Source of the DNA: Camelus dromedarius
Lineage: Eukaryota
NCBI RefSeq assembly: GCF_036321535.1
Contig: NC_087447.1
Span: 46,564,001-46,624,000, forward strand
DNA length: 60,000 nt
Direction: 5' to 3'
The notes under the pieces were generated by a model. That model had not been told where the DNA came from. It was given only the letters and a program-made list of their open reading frames with translations, and did no database searches. Of the stretch, positions 24,028 to 36,239 are shown one piece after another (position 1 is the first letter of the stretch; each line of letters opens with the position of its first letter). A program made the position numbers and the translations under genes.

Positions 24028-24825
24028 AGGTTCTCAGTTTTTTATAAGGTCCAGGAAAGCCTCTCTGATTTCACTGAAGTCAGGCTCCACCCACTCCTCA
24101 GGCATCTCTGCTCAGACTGGCATACCAGATACTTGTGGCTTTTAGCAAACATCTGCCTAGAGTCCCGTGGCTGTCATGCTCCCTTCTAGCCTTTTCTGAC
24201 CTCAGTTCTCCTGGGAACACAGGGCAGAGTGACCAGAAGTAAATTTGACCATGTCTATCTCTTATTTAAAACTTTTCAGTGGCTCTGCATTGATTTCCCA
24301 AAGAATAAAGTTTCAAATCCTTAACATGACATACAAGGCTCTCTGCATTCTGGCATCAGCTTGTTCCCCAGCCCCATCTGCTAAACATGTTGCCCTCAAA
24401 TTCTTTCCTCTCATTATGTTTCCCTTGCTAATTAAGACTGCTCCAACATGCTCTTTTCTTTCTCTCACCCTGGGAATGGTGTTGTCACCCCCTTATTTTT
24501 TTCCTCTAGGCTTAGCTTACCTTGGAGAAAGTTCTCATTCTATTTCCATTATTCCCTGGGAACAGTTCTGATACCAGTCTCATTTTACCCTGGGGACCAC
24601 TCTGATCCACATTTCACTATTCAATGGTCTCTGGATACATCATGGACCATATCATACCACAGGATGACTTTTTTCCACCTCCTCCTCTTCTACTTCTGTC
24701 ATGTTATTGAGATGAGCTTTACCCTGAATACAGCTGCTTCTGCTCCCCCCTGTCTGGGCCTCTTATACGCCCAGGGCCTCACCAGCTATCTCACCCCAAA
24801 GTCATTGGTATGTGTACATACCAGT

Positions 24826-25082
24826 TATTTAGAGTACATAGTCAAAATCATAGAGACAGAAATTAGAATGGTGGTTGCCAGGGAATGGGGGCAGGGGGTT
24901 TGGGGAGTTTTGTTTAAGTGGTATAGAGTTTCAGTTTTGCAAGATGAAAAGAATTTTGGAGATGAATAGTAGTGATGGTTGCACAACATTATGAATGTAT
25001 TTAATACCACTGAACTGTACACTTAAAGAATGATTAATATGGTAAATTTCATGTTATGTGTATTTTACAATAAAAAAAAAAA
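24826..25082 (+). mobile_element. L1MA/MB 3' UTR
   Basis: gtcaaaatcatagagacagaaattagaatggtggttgccaggg...agagtttcagttttgcaagatgaaaag...ccactgaactgtacacttaa...caataaaaaaaaa. Confidence 0.9.
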
Positions 25083-25449
25083 CTGAGAAAAAAGGTACTG
25101 GTACTGGTACCCAGGACTCAGGAGAGAGACATACTATATCCCAGCCAGCTGAGGGGTCAGATCCTGACGTTATTCTCCCCAACTTTCTCTTCTGAAAGAA
25201 TGACGTACCTCTATTAGGATGACATTTGAACCTGCCTCATTTTACCCTGGAGATATCTCTGACTCCAGCCTCATCTTCCTTTTGGAATAGCTCTGATCTA
25301 GGCCTTCCCAATCTCCACACCATAAAGAAAGTCACACTACAGTAAACTCTGGAGATCGTTTACACTCCAACTTTGGCTGACATTAAACCTCAGGACAGAA
25401 AAGTGAAATGAAGCAACTGGCTCAAAGTAACCTTAATGTTATTCCAAAT

Positions 25450-25730
25450 TAGGGAAAGAAGTACTTTCCTGGGGAGCAGAGGAAAAAAATTTCTAAATCG
25501 TAAAACTCTCCTGACTTTCTGTATATACAATCCAAAGGTGTGTCAAATGGTGCACACGAAGAGCTCACGCAAATACCTTTTTCCAAGTGTTTTAGGCTTT
25601 TAGGTGCAGCTGCATCACGAATATCAGGGTGTCCCCACGTGGGTGAGTGAACAATGCCCAATATGCCCATATCGGACATTCAGACTTTGCCTTTCTGCTG
25701 GTTCCTAGGACTGTGGTTTAAACAATCCAT
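25450..25730. other. Palindrome-rich, CpG-retaining element; possibly an ancient conserved repeat (MER121/UCON/Eulor class)
   Basis: Six CpGs in about 175 bp plus many short palindromes and hairpins (see findings); the family label is recollection only. Confidence 0.4.
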
Positions 25731-25954
25731 TCAGAAGCAAAGCAGTAATATTTAGATTCCATTCTTTTATAATATTTTATTTGAGTTTGGCAAAGTGAAA
25801 TAGACAGGCTTTACAATTTTCTAGCCAAGTAATCCTGGACATATAACTTTCCTCATTTGTAAAATGGGAATATCTTGCAGGGTTGTTGTGAAGAAAAGTA
25901 AACAAATACATATAAAGCACCTAGCATTGTACCTGGCCCAAAATATTTCCCTCA

Positions 25955-26840
25955 GCTAATACTTACTAAGCATATGCTATGTGCCAGTCAGTGTTCTAGG
26001 CACTGAGGATTCAGCAATGAATAAAACTCACTGCTCTCATGGAACTAACACAGGGAGTAGGGGGCAAGGTGGAGGCCTGACAAATAAACATGTCAGAGGG
26101 TGATAAATGCTACAGAGAAAAACTAAGTAGAGAATGGAGGTTAAGGTGTGCTATGGAGAAAGGTTTGCTATTTTTAAATAGAATGATTAAAGAAAGCCTC
26201 ACTGAAAAGATGAAATTTGACCAAAATTGAAGGAAATGAGATAATAAGCCATGCAGAGGAGAAAGAGAGAAGAACAAATGCAAAGGAGGTAAGAGCATAT
26301 CTACCTTGTCCAAAGAACAGTGAGGAAGTCAATGGGGCAGGGTGAGCAGGTGGAGAAGAGATGAGGACAAGCCAGGTAATGGGGAGCCATGTTACATGTC
26401 ACTCTAAGGACTTTGGCTTGTTCTCTGAGGGATATGGAAAGCCATTAAATGATTTTGAGCTATATGGCTGGACTTAACGTTTTGAAAAGATTGCTCTGGC
26501 TGCTCTGTTTAGAACAAACTGTAGACAGACAAGGGTAAAGGCAGGGAAACCAATCAAGAGTCTATTACCTCTCCAGGCAAGAAATAATGGTAGCTTGGAT
26601 GAAGGTGGTAGAAGCAAAAACTGAAAAATATCTAAATTTTGGATGGTTTCAAAGGTACAACCAGTAGGATCTGCTGACAGTCTGAATAAGTGTGAGCTTC
26701 TAACATTAAAATGCCAATTAAACATCAAAATGTTAATTAAGGAATTGGATATACAAGTCTAAAGTTCAGACGAGACTTCTGAGTTACATATACAAATCTG
26801 AGAGTTGTCAATGCACAGATGATAATTAAAACTATTAAAG
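25955..26840 (-). mobile_element. L2 (about 0.9 kb)
   Basis: tacttactaagcatatgctatgtgccagtcagtgttctaggcactgagg...gaaagcctcactgaaaagatg...aaagattgctctggctgct...ccagtaggatctgctga. Confidence 0.88.
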
Positions 26841-27039
26841 TGGCTTTTTAATGCCATTTATTACTCAATAAATGAAGTACCCATTGAATAGTAATTGCTA
26901 TTATAACCTCTTTGTTTTCTTAAGGTGCTAGAAATACTTGCCAACTCTTAACCATGAATACTTAAGTGCCTAACCTCTAATCCCATCCCCAATCTCTCAA
27001 CTCCCTTCCCTCCTTTCAAACTTTCAATTAAAACACTAG

Positions 27040-27480
27040 ATAAGTGGAAGCATTGTGGTGCTAAGTGGTAAAGGCACCAATTTTAGAGTTAGACAGAATT
27101 AAATTTGAATACTCCATCTTAGCCACTTACTAGTTCTATGACCTTTGAATCTCAATTTTCTTATCTGTAAGATGGGGCTAATAGCACCTGTGTTACAGGA
27201 TTGTTGTAATGATAAGACATCCACTCATTCATTTGTGCAAGAAGTACTTCTTGAGCATTCTTTTCATGCCCAGGACTGTGTTTTGCACTAGAGTCATAGC
27301 AGTAAACAAGCACAGATACTGTCCTCATGGAGCTTATTGCCCAAGGGACATAATATTTCTAAAGGACCAGATGAAATTTTTAAATTTTAAAAAATCATCT
27401 AAATAAAATAAATACGTGACGAGCCTCACACAAGTGCCTGGGCAAATAGTAGGTGCTAAATAAATGACAGAACTTATTAT
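27040..27480 (+). mobile_element. MIR split by an antisense L2 3' end (about 27220-27340)
   Basis: agccacttactagttctatgacctt...ttatctgtaagatgggg...gttgt; L2 cattcatt...tgcccaggactgtg; MIR resumes at agtgcctgggcaaatagtaggtgct. Confidence 0.75.
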
Positions 27481-28204
27481 TTTATAATTAAAGAACAATG
27501 CACTTTTAGAATTGGAATAACATCTAGAAATCAAAAGGTCCAATTCCCTCATTTAACAGATGAGCAGATTAACTTAACATCATAATAAATGTGCTCAGGA
27601 CACCTCTTCAGTCAGGTCGTGTGCCAGATATATGGGATGCAGGGATGGGTAAAACACAGTCCCTACCTTATGTCAAGTAAATATGCAAGGTAACCTGCAT
27701 GATCACTTAGACTGGAAATCATGTCTTCTGATTTGCAGTGTTTTGTTCCTTCCACCGATCCAAAATTATCCATTTCAAATAAAAATACTTATCAGGAAGA
27801 AGCCTACCACATGCCTTGTGCCAAAAAGAGTGCCATCCCACAGCTTAGCAATTCCTCACAGGTAGCTTGTCAGAAAGGATAAGCCCTTTGGACTTAGAGA
27901 TGGATCCTTTTTTCTCTGTAAATCGTCAATAAGAGGCAGAAACTGGGACCTCAGAGGTCCTGGTAAGAAGTTACAGAAAGATGGAAAAAAATAAAGTGAA
28001 AGCCTCCAATCATCCAAGTCACTGGCTAAGCAGAGAGAAGGCAGGGCGAGGCCAGACCAGGAGCCTTCTCCTACATGCCAGAGATTAGGTCATGTTGCCT
28101 CAAGGCCTGGACCAGTTTCAGAACTCTACCTTTGTCCCTCTGGCCCATCCAGCCCTACACTTCCAGGACCCTCTTTTGAGTCTCAACATTGAATTTCTAA
28201 AAGA

Positions 28205-28445
28205 AAAGACAGCACTGTGGAGTAGAAAGAACACACCTTGCAGTTTCATGGACCTTGACTGAAACTTTGGCTCCACCACAAACTAGCTGTATACGTCTTA
28301 ACTAGCCTTTTCCACATCTGGAAAACAGTGACAATACTTACTTCTGAGAGTCATGCCCAACATTAGAATTGTGTCTAATGTTTAGATCTATCTAGAAAAA
28401 TGCGTGGTGTACAGAGGTTACTCAATATATGGTGCTATGATTAAT
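28205..28445 (+). mobile_element. MIR SINE
   Basis: gacagcactgtggagtagaaagaacac...ttggctccaccacaaactagctgt...ttactcaatatatggtgctat. Confidence 0.75.
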
Positions 28446-28639
28446 TAGTGAATGTCAAAGTCTCTCGTGTCTACCCCACACTCTTCCCAGTGGCTGCAGG
28501 CTTAGGCACAGCACCGCAGTTTCAGGCTCCCACAATAATATGGAATATTCAGAGAGCCATGGCACCATACCGGCCACCTTTCTGTATGTCTCGTCCTTCA
28601 GCCTACACCAGCTGAGGACCCAATTCCACTCCCCCAACT

Positions 28640-29890
28640 TTGAAAAAAACAAAATCTTTGAACTTGCCTCCCTTGGTTCCTCTTCAAAATAGTACCCTCT
28701 TTCTTTCCTTCTCTTATCACTGTATCTCTGAAAAGAGAAGTCTGTACTAGCTGCCTCTAGGTCCTCACCTCACACTCGCTCCCTAAGGCACAGCAGTCTA
28801 GCTTCCGTCCCTACCCCTCCACTGAAACTGCCTTCACCATGTCACCAGTGACTCAGTAGCCTCATTGCAGGGCTCACCCTACTTGTTCTCAGCTCCAGTA
28901 AACATTCATGTCCTTTTAGAAACTCTTCTCATTCCTGGCTTCCCAGACAGCACTTTCTCCCACCACTCTGATTGCTCCTCCTCAGATGCCTACCCTAACT
29001 TTTCTGTCTACACATATCAGAGTTCTTCTGAGCTCTATGCTCAACCTCCTTCCTTTCCCCATTTTATGGATTTTACTCAGGTGATTTCATCTATTTCCAT
29101 GGTTTCCACTCTCACTGAGAAGTAGTCATTCCTATATCTATAACCCTACCTCTCTCAGGAGCTCTAAAACTCATACCTTCTCCCCCAAGTATCAGATATT
29201 TTCTCCTGAATGTCACCCACAGGCATCACAAAACCAACATCAACTTCCCGAAACCAGATCTCCAGCCTGGATTCCATGTGTTAAAGCATTATAGTAATAC
29301 CCAGACACCTAACATTTCTTCCCTCTTACTTCAGTCACACAATTTAAATCAACACCCATAATCACTGCCATGATTCCAGCCTCATCATTTGCTACTGCAA
29401 CAGTCTTCTGGCTGGCTTCCCTGCCTCTGGTTTAATAGATTCATTCTAATTCTTCTAAGCACAGGTAGCAAAGAGATCTTTCTAAAACATCATTCTGACC
29501 ATGCCATTCTCCAAATTAAATTATCTATAGTAAAGTTCAACTCCAACAGGGTTTAAGGTCTTTAGCATTCAGAATCCCTCCCAGGCAGCCCAACAGTCCA
29601 GCACAATGAACAGCTCAAAATTCCCTGAAAATGCCATGCACTTCCACACTGACAATGCCTAGAACGCATTTCAGCCCTCTCTGCCTGGCACACTTCTGGT
29701 CATCCTTAAATTTCCAGCTTAAACATCTCTGATGCCTTCCTTGACTCTCTCTTGCTAAGCATTTAGACTCTCCTTCCTGTCTCTCCCAGTATATTTAGTA
29801 TGTTCCTCTATTGTAGCACTTGTGACACTATATTGAATATACTTACTCATATGCTTATCTTCTCAGTAATCTGTGGATTGCTCAAAGACT
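28640..29890 (+). mobile_element. L2 (about 1.2 kb, degenerate)
   Basis: cagtctagcttccgtccctacccctccactgaaactgcc...gtcaccagtgac...aacagtcttctggctggcttccctgcctc...gatctttctaaaac...ctgaccatgcc. Confidence 0.8.
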
Positions 29891-30444
29891 GCCTCACATC
29901 CCAGACCACTTGCCCAATCTCTCACAATGAGCAACCAGATCCATTATCAATTATGACAGGGAATACTCTACCCCCATAACAGGAGGGCAAACTCTAATGG
30001 CAACAGGAAGTCTTTATAGGTTCAACTTCCTCTCTTGCAAATGCTTCCAGATGCTGCTTGGATTATGACCCCAGAGGAGTTATTCGTGACCTGATTCCTA
30101 GGGTGCCTCTGCCTGGAATAGCATGTTCAACAGGAATAGGAGAGCTTCCTGTAGAATAAAATTCTTTGGAAGATGATTTTTAAAATGGACTGAGATTATA
30201 GGTAGGACTGGCAACTACAAGGTCCATCTAAGGAAGTAATTTGTGAAATAACTTCAAGATCTTTCTACACTTTCAAAAGTAACTGAGATGATTACTACAA
30301 CAAACTGTGGTGAGTATTCTTGCCTTTAATTCCAACCCCTTGGGAAACTCCCCTGCACCACACTACTTGCAACAAGTTGCTTCACTAGCCAGAAATCTGT
30401 AGTAGCTTCTCACTATATAACATGTATGATGGCTTAAAACTGTA

Positions 30445-30725
30445 TAACATGGTGATTAAGAGCAAGAACTCTGGAAAATACCACCTAGGCATGATCCTGA
30501 CTTCATCATTTATTAACTATGTGAGTTTGAGCAAGTTATTTAAGTTCTCCGGGCCTCAGTTTTCTCATCTTTCAAATAGGAAAATAATAGTACCGTCTTA
30601 GAGATGGTATAAAGATTAAATACACTAATAATAAGAATTAAATTTTAAAAATAATTAAACAAGCTTAGCATTAAAAATGCTAACAGCAGTGCCTGGCCCA
30701 TGGAAAGAACTTGGTAAATTATACA
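30445..30725 (+). mobile_element. MIR SINE
   Basis: ggtgattaagagcaagaactctgg...ttgagcaagttatttaagttctccgggcctcagttttctcatc...cagtgcctggc. Confidence 0.85.
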
Positions 30726-31489
30726 TAGACATATTCAGGACTACTTGGACTACTAAGATTACATTACTTTCCCCATCACAATAAATTTGTGGGAAGGCTA
30801 CCCTGGATTCAGATCTAATTCTGTTTGACATTAAAGCCTGGGTTGTTCCATCATTATACTATATTCCTTGATAGTTGTTTATTCTAAAAAATCTTTACTG
30901 AGCTGCAGATGAAATGCTAGGTACAATAGCTACAAGGAAGTATAAAATCTAGTAATCTCTGCCTTCGTGGAACTCAAAATTTGTTGATACTCATCGTATG
31001 ACAGAGGGAATAGGGACAAAAGAATAGAGATGGAGAGAGGGATGGAGGGCCCCCTAATCATTATGGTAGGGGAATTTGTTAGGGAAGGCTTCCCAGAGAA
31101 GCTACCTCAGCTAGTCTTAGTGATGAAGGACACCAGCTCTGGGGGAATAGACCAGTTTCTACAGGAGGCCAGTTTCCAGTCTATCCAGTGAAGAGGTAGC
31201 AGAGAAAAGAGGGGTCTTTATCAGATACAGCATTTCCAGGAACCGACCAGAGATGCTTTAGGGAGCACAAGATACGTTGGGTTGCTGCCAGACACAAAGT
31301 TACTTGACAGTTGCCCTCCTGGAAATAACTTGGCAGTTTTTATTTTGACAGAATCTTAGGGCTGAAAGGAATACTATGAAATCACTTAACTTAACCCCCC
31401 TACTTCATTGATGATAACAGGTCCTAAGAGAGCCTGGCTTCATTGTCCCCATTTGAGCTGAATATGGAAGAAACACAGGTTAGACAATG

Positions 31490-31730
31490 ATAATTGTAAC
31501 AGTCAACAATTAACGAGAGTTTATTAAGTGTCAGGCAATCTGCTAAATGTTCAACTTGGATTATCTCATCTTAATCTTCACAACAGCCCTGTGAGGTGGA
31601 TAATATAATTATTTCTATGTTAGAGATAAGGAAATAGGCTCAGAGAGGTTAAGTAACTTGCCCACAGTATTACCAGCAAGTGATGGGACCCAGGCAGACT
31701 GACCCCAGGGCTCATGTCCTTTATTTGCTA
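31490..31730 (-). mobile_element. MIR SINE
   Basis: tgtcaggcaatctgctaaatg...aatcttcacaacagccctgtgagg...ggctcagagaggttaagtaacttgccc. Confidence 0.88.
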
Positions 31731-31989
31731 GACTAGTTAAAGTACCAACTTCTCTGTGAAGCTTCCCATGACGACTTTCCTTACCATAAAAAATTAGGGG
31801 GCCCTTAGCTCCCATTGCCCCATGCCTCTGTCTACCCTTTTGTCCCCATTCCCTCTGTCATAGCAGTGAGCATCACCAAATTATGAGTTCCATGAAGGCA
31901 GAGATACTAAATCTTACGCTTCCTTATATCCCTTCTACGTAGCATTGCAGCTGCAGCTCAATAACGATTGTTTAGAATAAACCACTATA

Positions 31990-32410
31990 AAAGAATATAG
32001 TATAATGATAGAGAGACACAGACTTCAAGGTCAGACAGACTTAGATCTGAATCCTTCTTAGCTATATGATCCTGGCTGTCACTTAACCGCTCTGGGACTC
32101 AGAGTGATAAAATTTTTTTACCATGTAACTTTCTGAGAAAACTAAGCTAAGCACCTTATACAATGACTCGCACATAAAAGTCATTCCGTTTCACTTACCA
32201 TCCTCCTCCTTTCCCCTTGTCCTACATATATTGGTAGAAAGAGCACTAGTCTGAGAATCCAGAATCTAATCAGCTATAATCTTAGTTACTTCTCCTTTCT
32301 GGGCTTCAATTTCCTCATCCACAATGCACAGAACTGTTGGTTCGGAACAAATGAAATAAAATGTGCTTCAGTGGTTAAAAAGCACTGCACAGATGGAAGG
32401 AATCTTTGTC
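31990..32410 (+). mobile_element. Two tandem MIR/MIR3 fragments
   Basis: gtcagacagacttagatctgaatcc...cacttaacc; ggtagaaagagcactag...ctgggcttcaatttcctcatcc. Confidence 0.7.
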
Positions 32411-32504
32411 ATTCCACCTATCCAGCTTTTAATCAGCCTTGAACCACACTGCATGCAAGTGTCTTGCAGCGCACATAAGAGTGATCTCTCGTAGACCTAA
32501 AAAC

Positions 32505-32572
32505 TATAAAAGGAGGGCATATTTGCACTGTCACTAGGGGAAGGAGCCAGTCCTACTGAGGAACTGACGTAA
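32505..32572 (+). promoter_or_regulatory. Candidate TATA box with downstream CRE/ATF-like site
   Basis: TATAAAAG at 32505-32512, TCA about 28 nt downstream, TGACGTAA at 32565-32572; motif evidence only. Confidence 0.2.
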
Positions 32573-33424
32573 GACACTGCCAAGTGGCTTTGCTCCAGCA
32601 GTCCCTAGCTAATTGAGGCCTCACTCCCTGCCCTGTCTGCCTGTGACCTCTGCAAAGGCTAGAGAACACCAAGTGCTCCACAGAAGCTCTTCTTTTGGCG
32701 AGTGACAAGGTATTGCCGGCTAAGCTATTGCTAAGAGGCTCCTGCCCTTGGCCTTCCTTAGAACCGAGCCAAAACAAGGAGCCCTCAGGCTGTCCTGAGG
32801 TTATCAGTTTAGGATTCCTAAGAGTTAACCCTAAATACAGCTACCAGGGCCCTGGGCCTGGAACATGTCAGATGTGACAACTGAAGCCCGACCAGCCAGG
32901 CCCTTTGGACAAACTAGAGAGTCCCCTTATGCTGTGGAATAAGGGGTAAGGATAAGAACCTGGTCTTCCCATTCTCAGGTAAGAGTAAGTTAGTCTTAGA
33001 TGCTCCCAAGGTCTTTTTTCAGGCTCTTCAGGCTGCCTAGGCCCCAGGGAGTTAACCACTTCCTCTGATCCTTAAAGCAGAAATCCCACTCTGCTCCCTT
33101 AGGACTCCCTCCCCCAAGCACAGCACTGTCAGTCCATCCATTTCACCCTCCATTAGTTAAAACGTATGGGCCCTTTTTGTTGTAAAGGTTTAACTGTTGG
33201 GTTGGGAAAGAAACAACACACATGAGGAAGTAAAGATGGTCTAAAACGTCTTACAAGTTAGTTACGGTCACTGTCCCCTCTTTACAGTTCCTGGTTCCTG
33301 TTGTCCTCTCAGAGGACAGCTACAATCCAATAGTTTTCAAACTTTATTTTTAAACAGTGTAACCCTCTTTTTCAAGTATAGTTCAAATTAAATCTAATTA
33401 GGAGTCTCAGTATCTAATTAGGTC

Positions 33425-34220
33425 TCTAATGTAATAATGGATCTAGGTAATAAACATCAATGGCTTCTAAAATCATTAGGCAAAAAGCTGATGGAAAATA
33501 TTTTAATGAGTAGATCAAGTTGACAACATTTGAACCTATTCATCGATCCTAAAATTACAAAAAGAGAGAAAATCAGATATGGTTAAACATATTTTCAAGA
33601 AAATGAAAGGAAGAAAGAAAAAAGGAAAGAGAAAGAAAACAATTGAACTTGAATCTGATCAAGCCTCAAGATTCAACTACCAATTTACAGAGGATGTAGA
33701 AACATGTTAAAAGCTACCATAGAGAGATAATCAGCAAAATCCAGAAATTGGGAAACCCTTTAGGACAAATGACTCAGTTTCTTCAATACAAAATTACAAG
33801 GAAAAGAAAAGGAAGAGGAGGGGAAGCTATGGATTAGAAGAGACAAGATTTAGATCAACCAATATGTAGACTTTCTTCGGATATTGATATGAACAAAACA
33901 ACTTAAAAAAATTTCTGAGTCATTATGGCAAATTAAAACACTAACTGGTTGATGATATTAATGGATTGTTATTTTTTAAGCATGATAATGATATTTTGGC
34001 TGTGTTTTTAAATACAATTCTTTTAGAAATATATACTGAAATGTTTGTGAATGAAATGATATGTCCGGAATTTGTTTCAAAATAATCCAAGGGGATGGGA
34101 GGATAAAGATGAAACAAGATTAGCCATGAGTATGTAATTAGACATGTGGGTTCATTATCATGCCCTCTCTAGTTTTAAATATGTTAAAATTTTTCCATAA
34201 TAAAAAACATTTTTTTAAGT
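33425..34220 (+). mobile_element. Old L1MC/MD-type 3' UTR
   Basis: acttgaatctgatcaagcctc...atcagcaaaatccaga...ttagaaatatatactgaaatgtttg...atgaaacaagattagccatgag...ttttccataataaaa. Confidence 0.8.
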
Positions 34221-34282
34221 TAAAAAGTATATATGATCATCATTATTAGGACCATTCAGGAGACTATTTGCCTTTTATTCTT

Positions 34283-34826
34283 TTTTTTTAATTGGTTTAT
34301 AATCATTTTACAATGTTGTATCAATTCCAGTGTAGAGCACAATTTTTCAGTTATACATGAACATACATATATTCATTGTCACATTTTTTTCTCTGTGAGC
34401 TACCATAAGATCTTGTATATAAGATCCCTGTGCTATACAGTATAATCTTGTTTATCTATTCTACAATTTTGAAATTCCAGTCTATCCCTTCCCACCCCCT
34501 GCCCCTTTGGCAACCACAAGTTTGTATTCTATGTCTATGAGTCTATTTCTGTTTTGTATTTATGCTTTGGTTTTTTGTTTTTTGTTTTTTTTTAAATTCC
34601 AAATATGAGCGATCTCATATGGTATTTTTCTTTCTCTTCCTGGCTTACTTCACTTAGCATGACATTCTCCAGGAGCATCCATGTTGCTGCAAATGGCATT
34701 ATGTTGTCGGTTTTTATGGCTGAATAGTATTCCATTGTATAAATATACCACATCTTCTTTATCCAGTCATCTAATGTTCATAGCAGCACTATTCACAAAA
34801 GCCAAGACATGGAAACAGCCTAAACA
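34283..34826 (-). mobile_element. Young L1, 5'-truncated with 5' inversion (twin priming)
   Basis: Antisense 3' UTR 34283-34772, inverted segment 34773-34826, perfect TSD ccttttattctt (34271-34282 / 34827-34838). Confidence 0.92.
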
Positions 34827-36239
34827 CCTTTTATTCTTGACAGCAAAGTTACTCAACCCCTACCCCAGCCCAGTCTTCATGCCAATCCCTTCCAATCCTC
34901 AGCAAACACATGTAAAATTCTATTAAGACATGAGAGGCAGCAGGAATTAAGATTCACTCTGTGGACAACCCCTCTGTGCCTGGCCAGCTTTAGTGGGTGC
35001 GTGTTTGGGGCGTGGAGGGGAGACAGGTAATAGGAAAGTGCCCTAGAAATTACCCAAAATTTACCTTCAGCCTAGACTCTTAGGATCTAGGTCTCTGAAT
35101 TACAAGTCCTAAATGACAAAAAATAAGTAAAAGATACTTGTGAATTATAAGATATTTGGATTTTGATTACATACGAATAAATGTTATATTGTTAATTTTT
35201 TAAAAAGGCACTTGTGGAGAAGGCCAACAATTAGGAGGAAAAAGTTTAGTGTTAATGACAGAGTTTAATTCCCTATTCCTGACTCAGAAATAATAGGCCT
35301 TATCCTTTTTATCAACACTTTATTTTCCTTTCACAGCCCCTCATGTTTTGAATGATTTTGTCTATAAACAAAATGCATTTATTGAGAAATAATTCAACAT
35401 TCTCAGCTGTGTTTATTATCACTACTTTTTCTTTTCAAAATGCTGGTCCAGATTTTTAACCAACCATATACAATTATCAGAACTTCATAGCAATATTATG
35501 AAATCACACACTTTTTCATTCTGGCTTTGATGCTAAATGAGCAAGAAAGTGAAAGTAAACATGTAGACCTTCAAGCACTGGGCCCCGCTACCAGCTGCTT
35601 ATTTTGGCTCTGTACTTGTGTCCAAGGTCATTCACTCACTGGACAGGTTTATGTCCTATGATGCCATCAACTTCTAGCCAAAGCACTAATCAGCATGAGC
35701 AAACTAATGTTACCACACAGCACTGGCATAATTGAAACCAAAAGCAAAGACATTTTAATTGTAGATAAATATTAGGCTTTGAAATATTTCCATTAGGCTT
35801 ATTGAAATATTGAAAGCAAATTAAATTCATTTATTCATCAAAAACAAAGATTTACTAAGCATCCCTGTCTAAGACCTTAGCTAGGCAGGCACTAAGGACA
35901 AAATGAACAAGACAAAGCCCATGTCCCCAAGGGACTATGAGGGACTCACACAAATACATTTCTTTACTGCTTTCATGGATCCCTAAATTTCCGTAGACCA
36001 CAGGCCACTAAAATTGTGCTAGAAGGGATGACACTTTTATTCCCTTACGAACACGAACAACTTGTGAAAAGGCAACCTGTTTCAAGAAATACCTCTCAAA
36101 GGTACAGCCCTACTCTGGAGATGCGAACTGATCCAGTATGACAAAATCAAGAATAGGGTTTCTGAGATCATAGTCTTTGTCTACAATTCAACAGACATTT
36201 ACTGAATTTCTATTTTGTCCTTGAGTACTTGTGCTAGGT

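Noticed and set aside
24448..24969. 173-aa ORF
   Set aside because: Chance read-through; its last part is L1 3' UTR sequence.
28586..28620. gtccttcagc...gctgaggac stem in a mildly CpG-containing stretch
   Set aside because: A 9-bp bulged stem is too short for a miRNA and is expected by chance.
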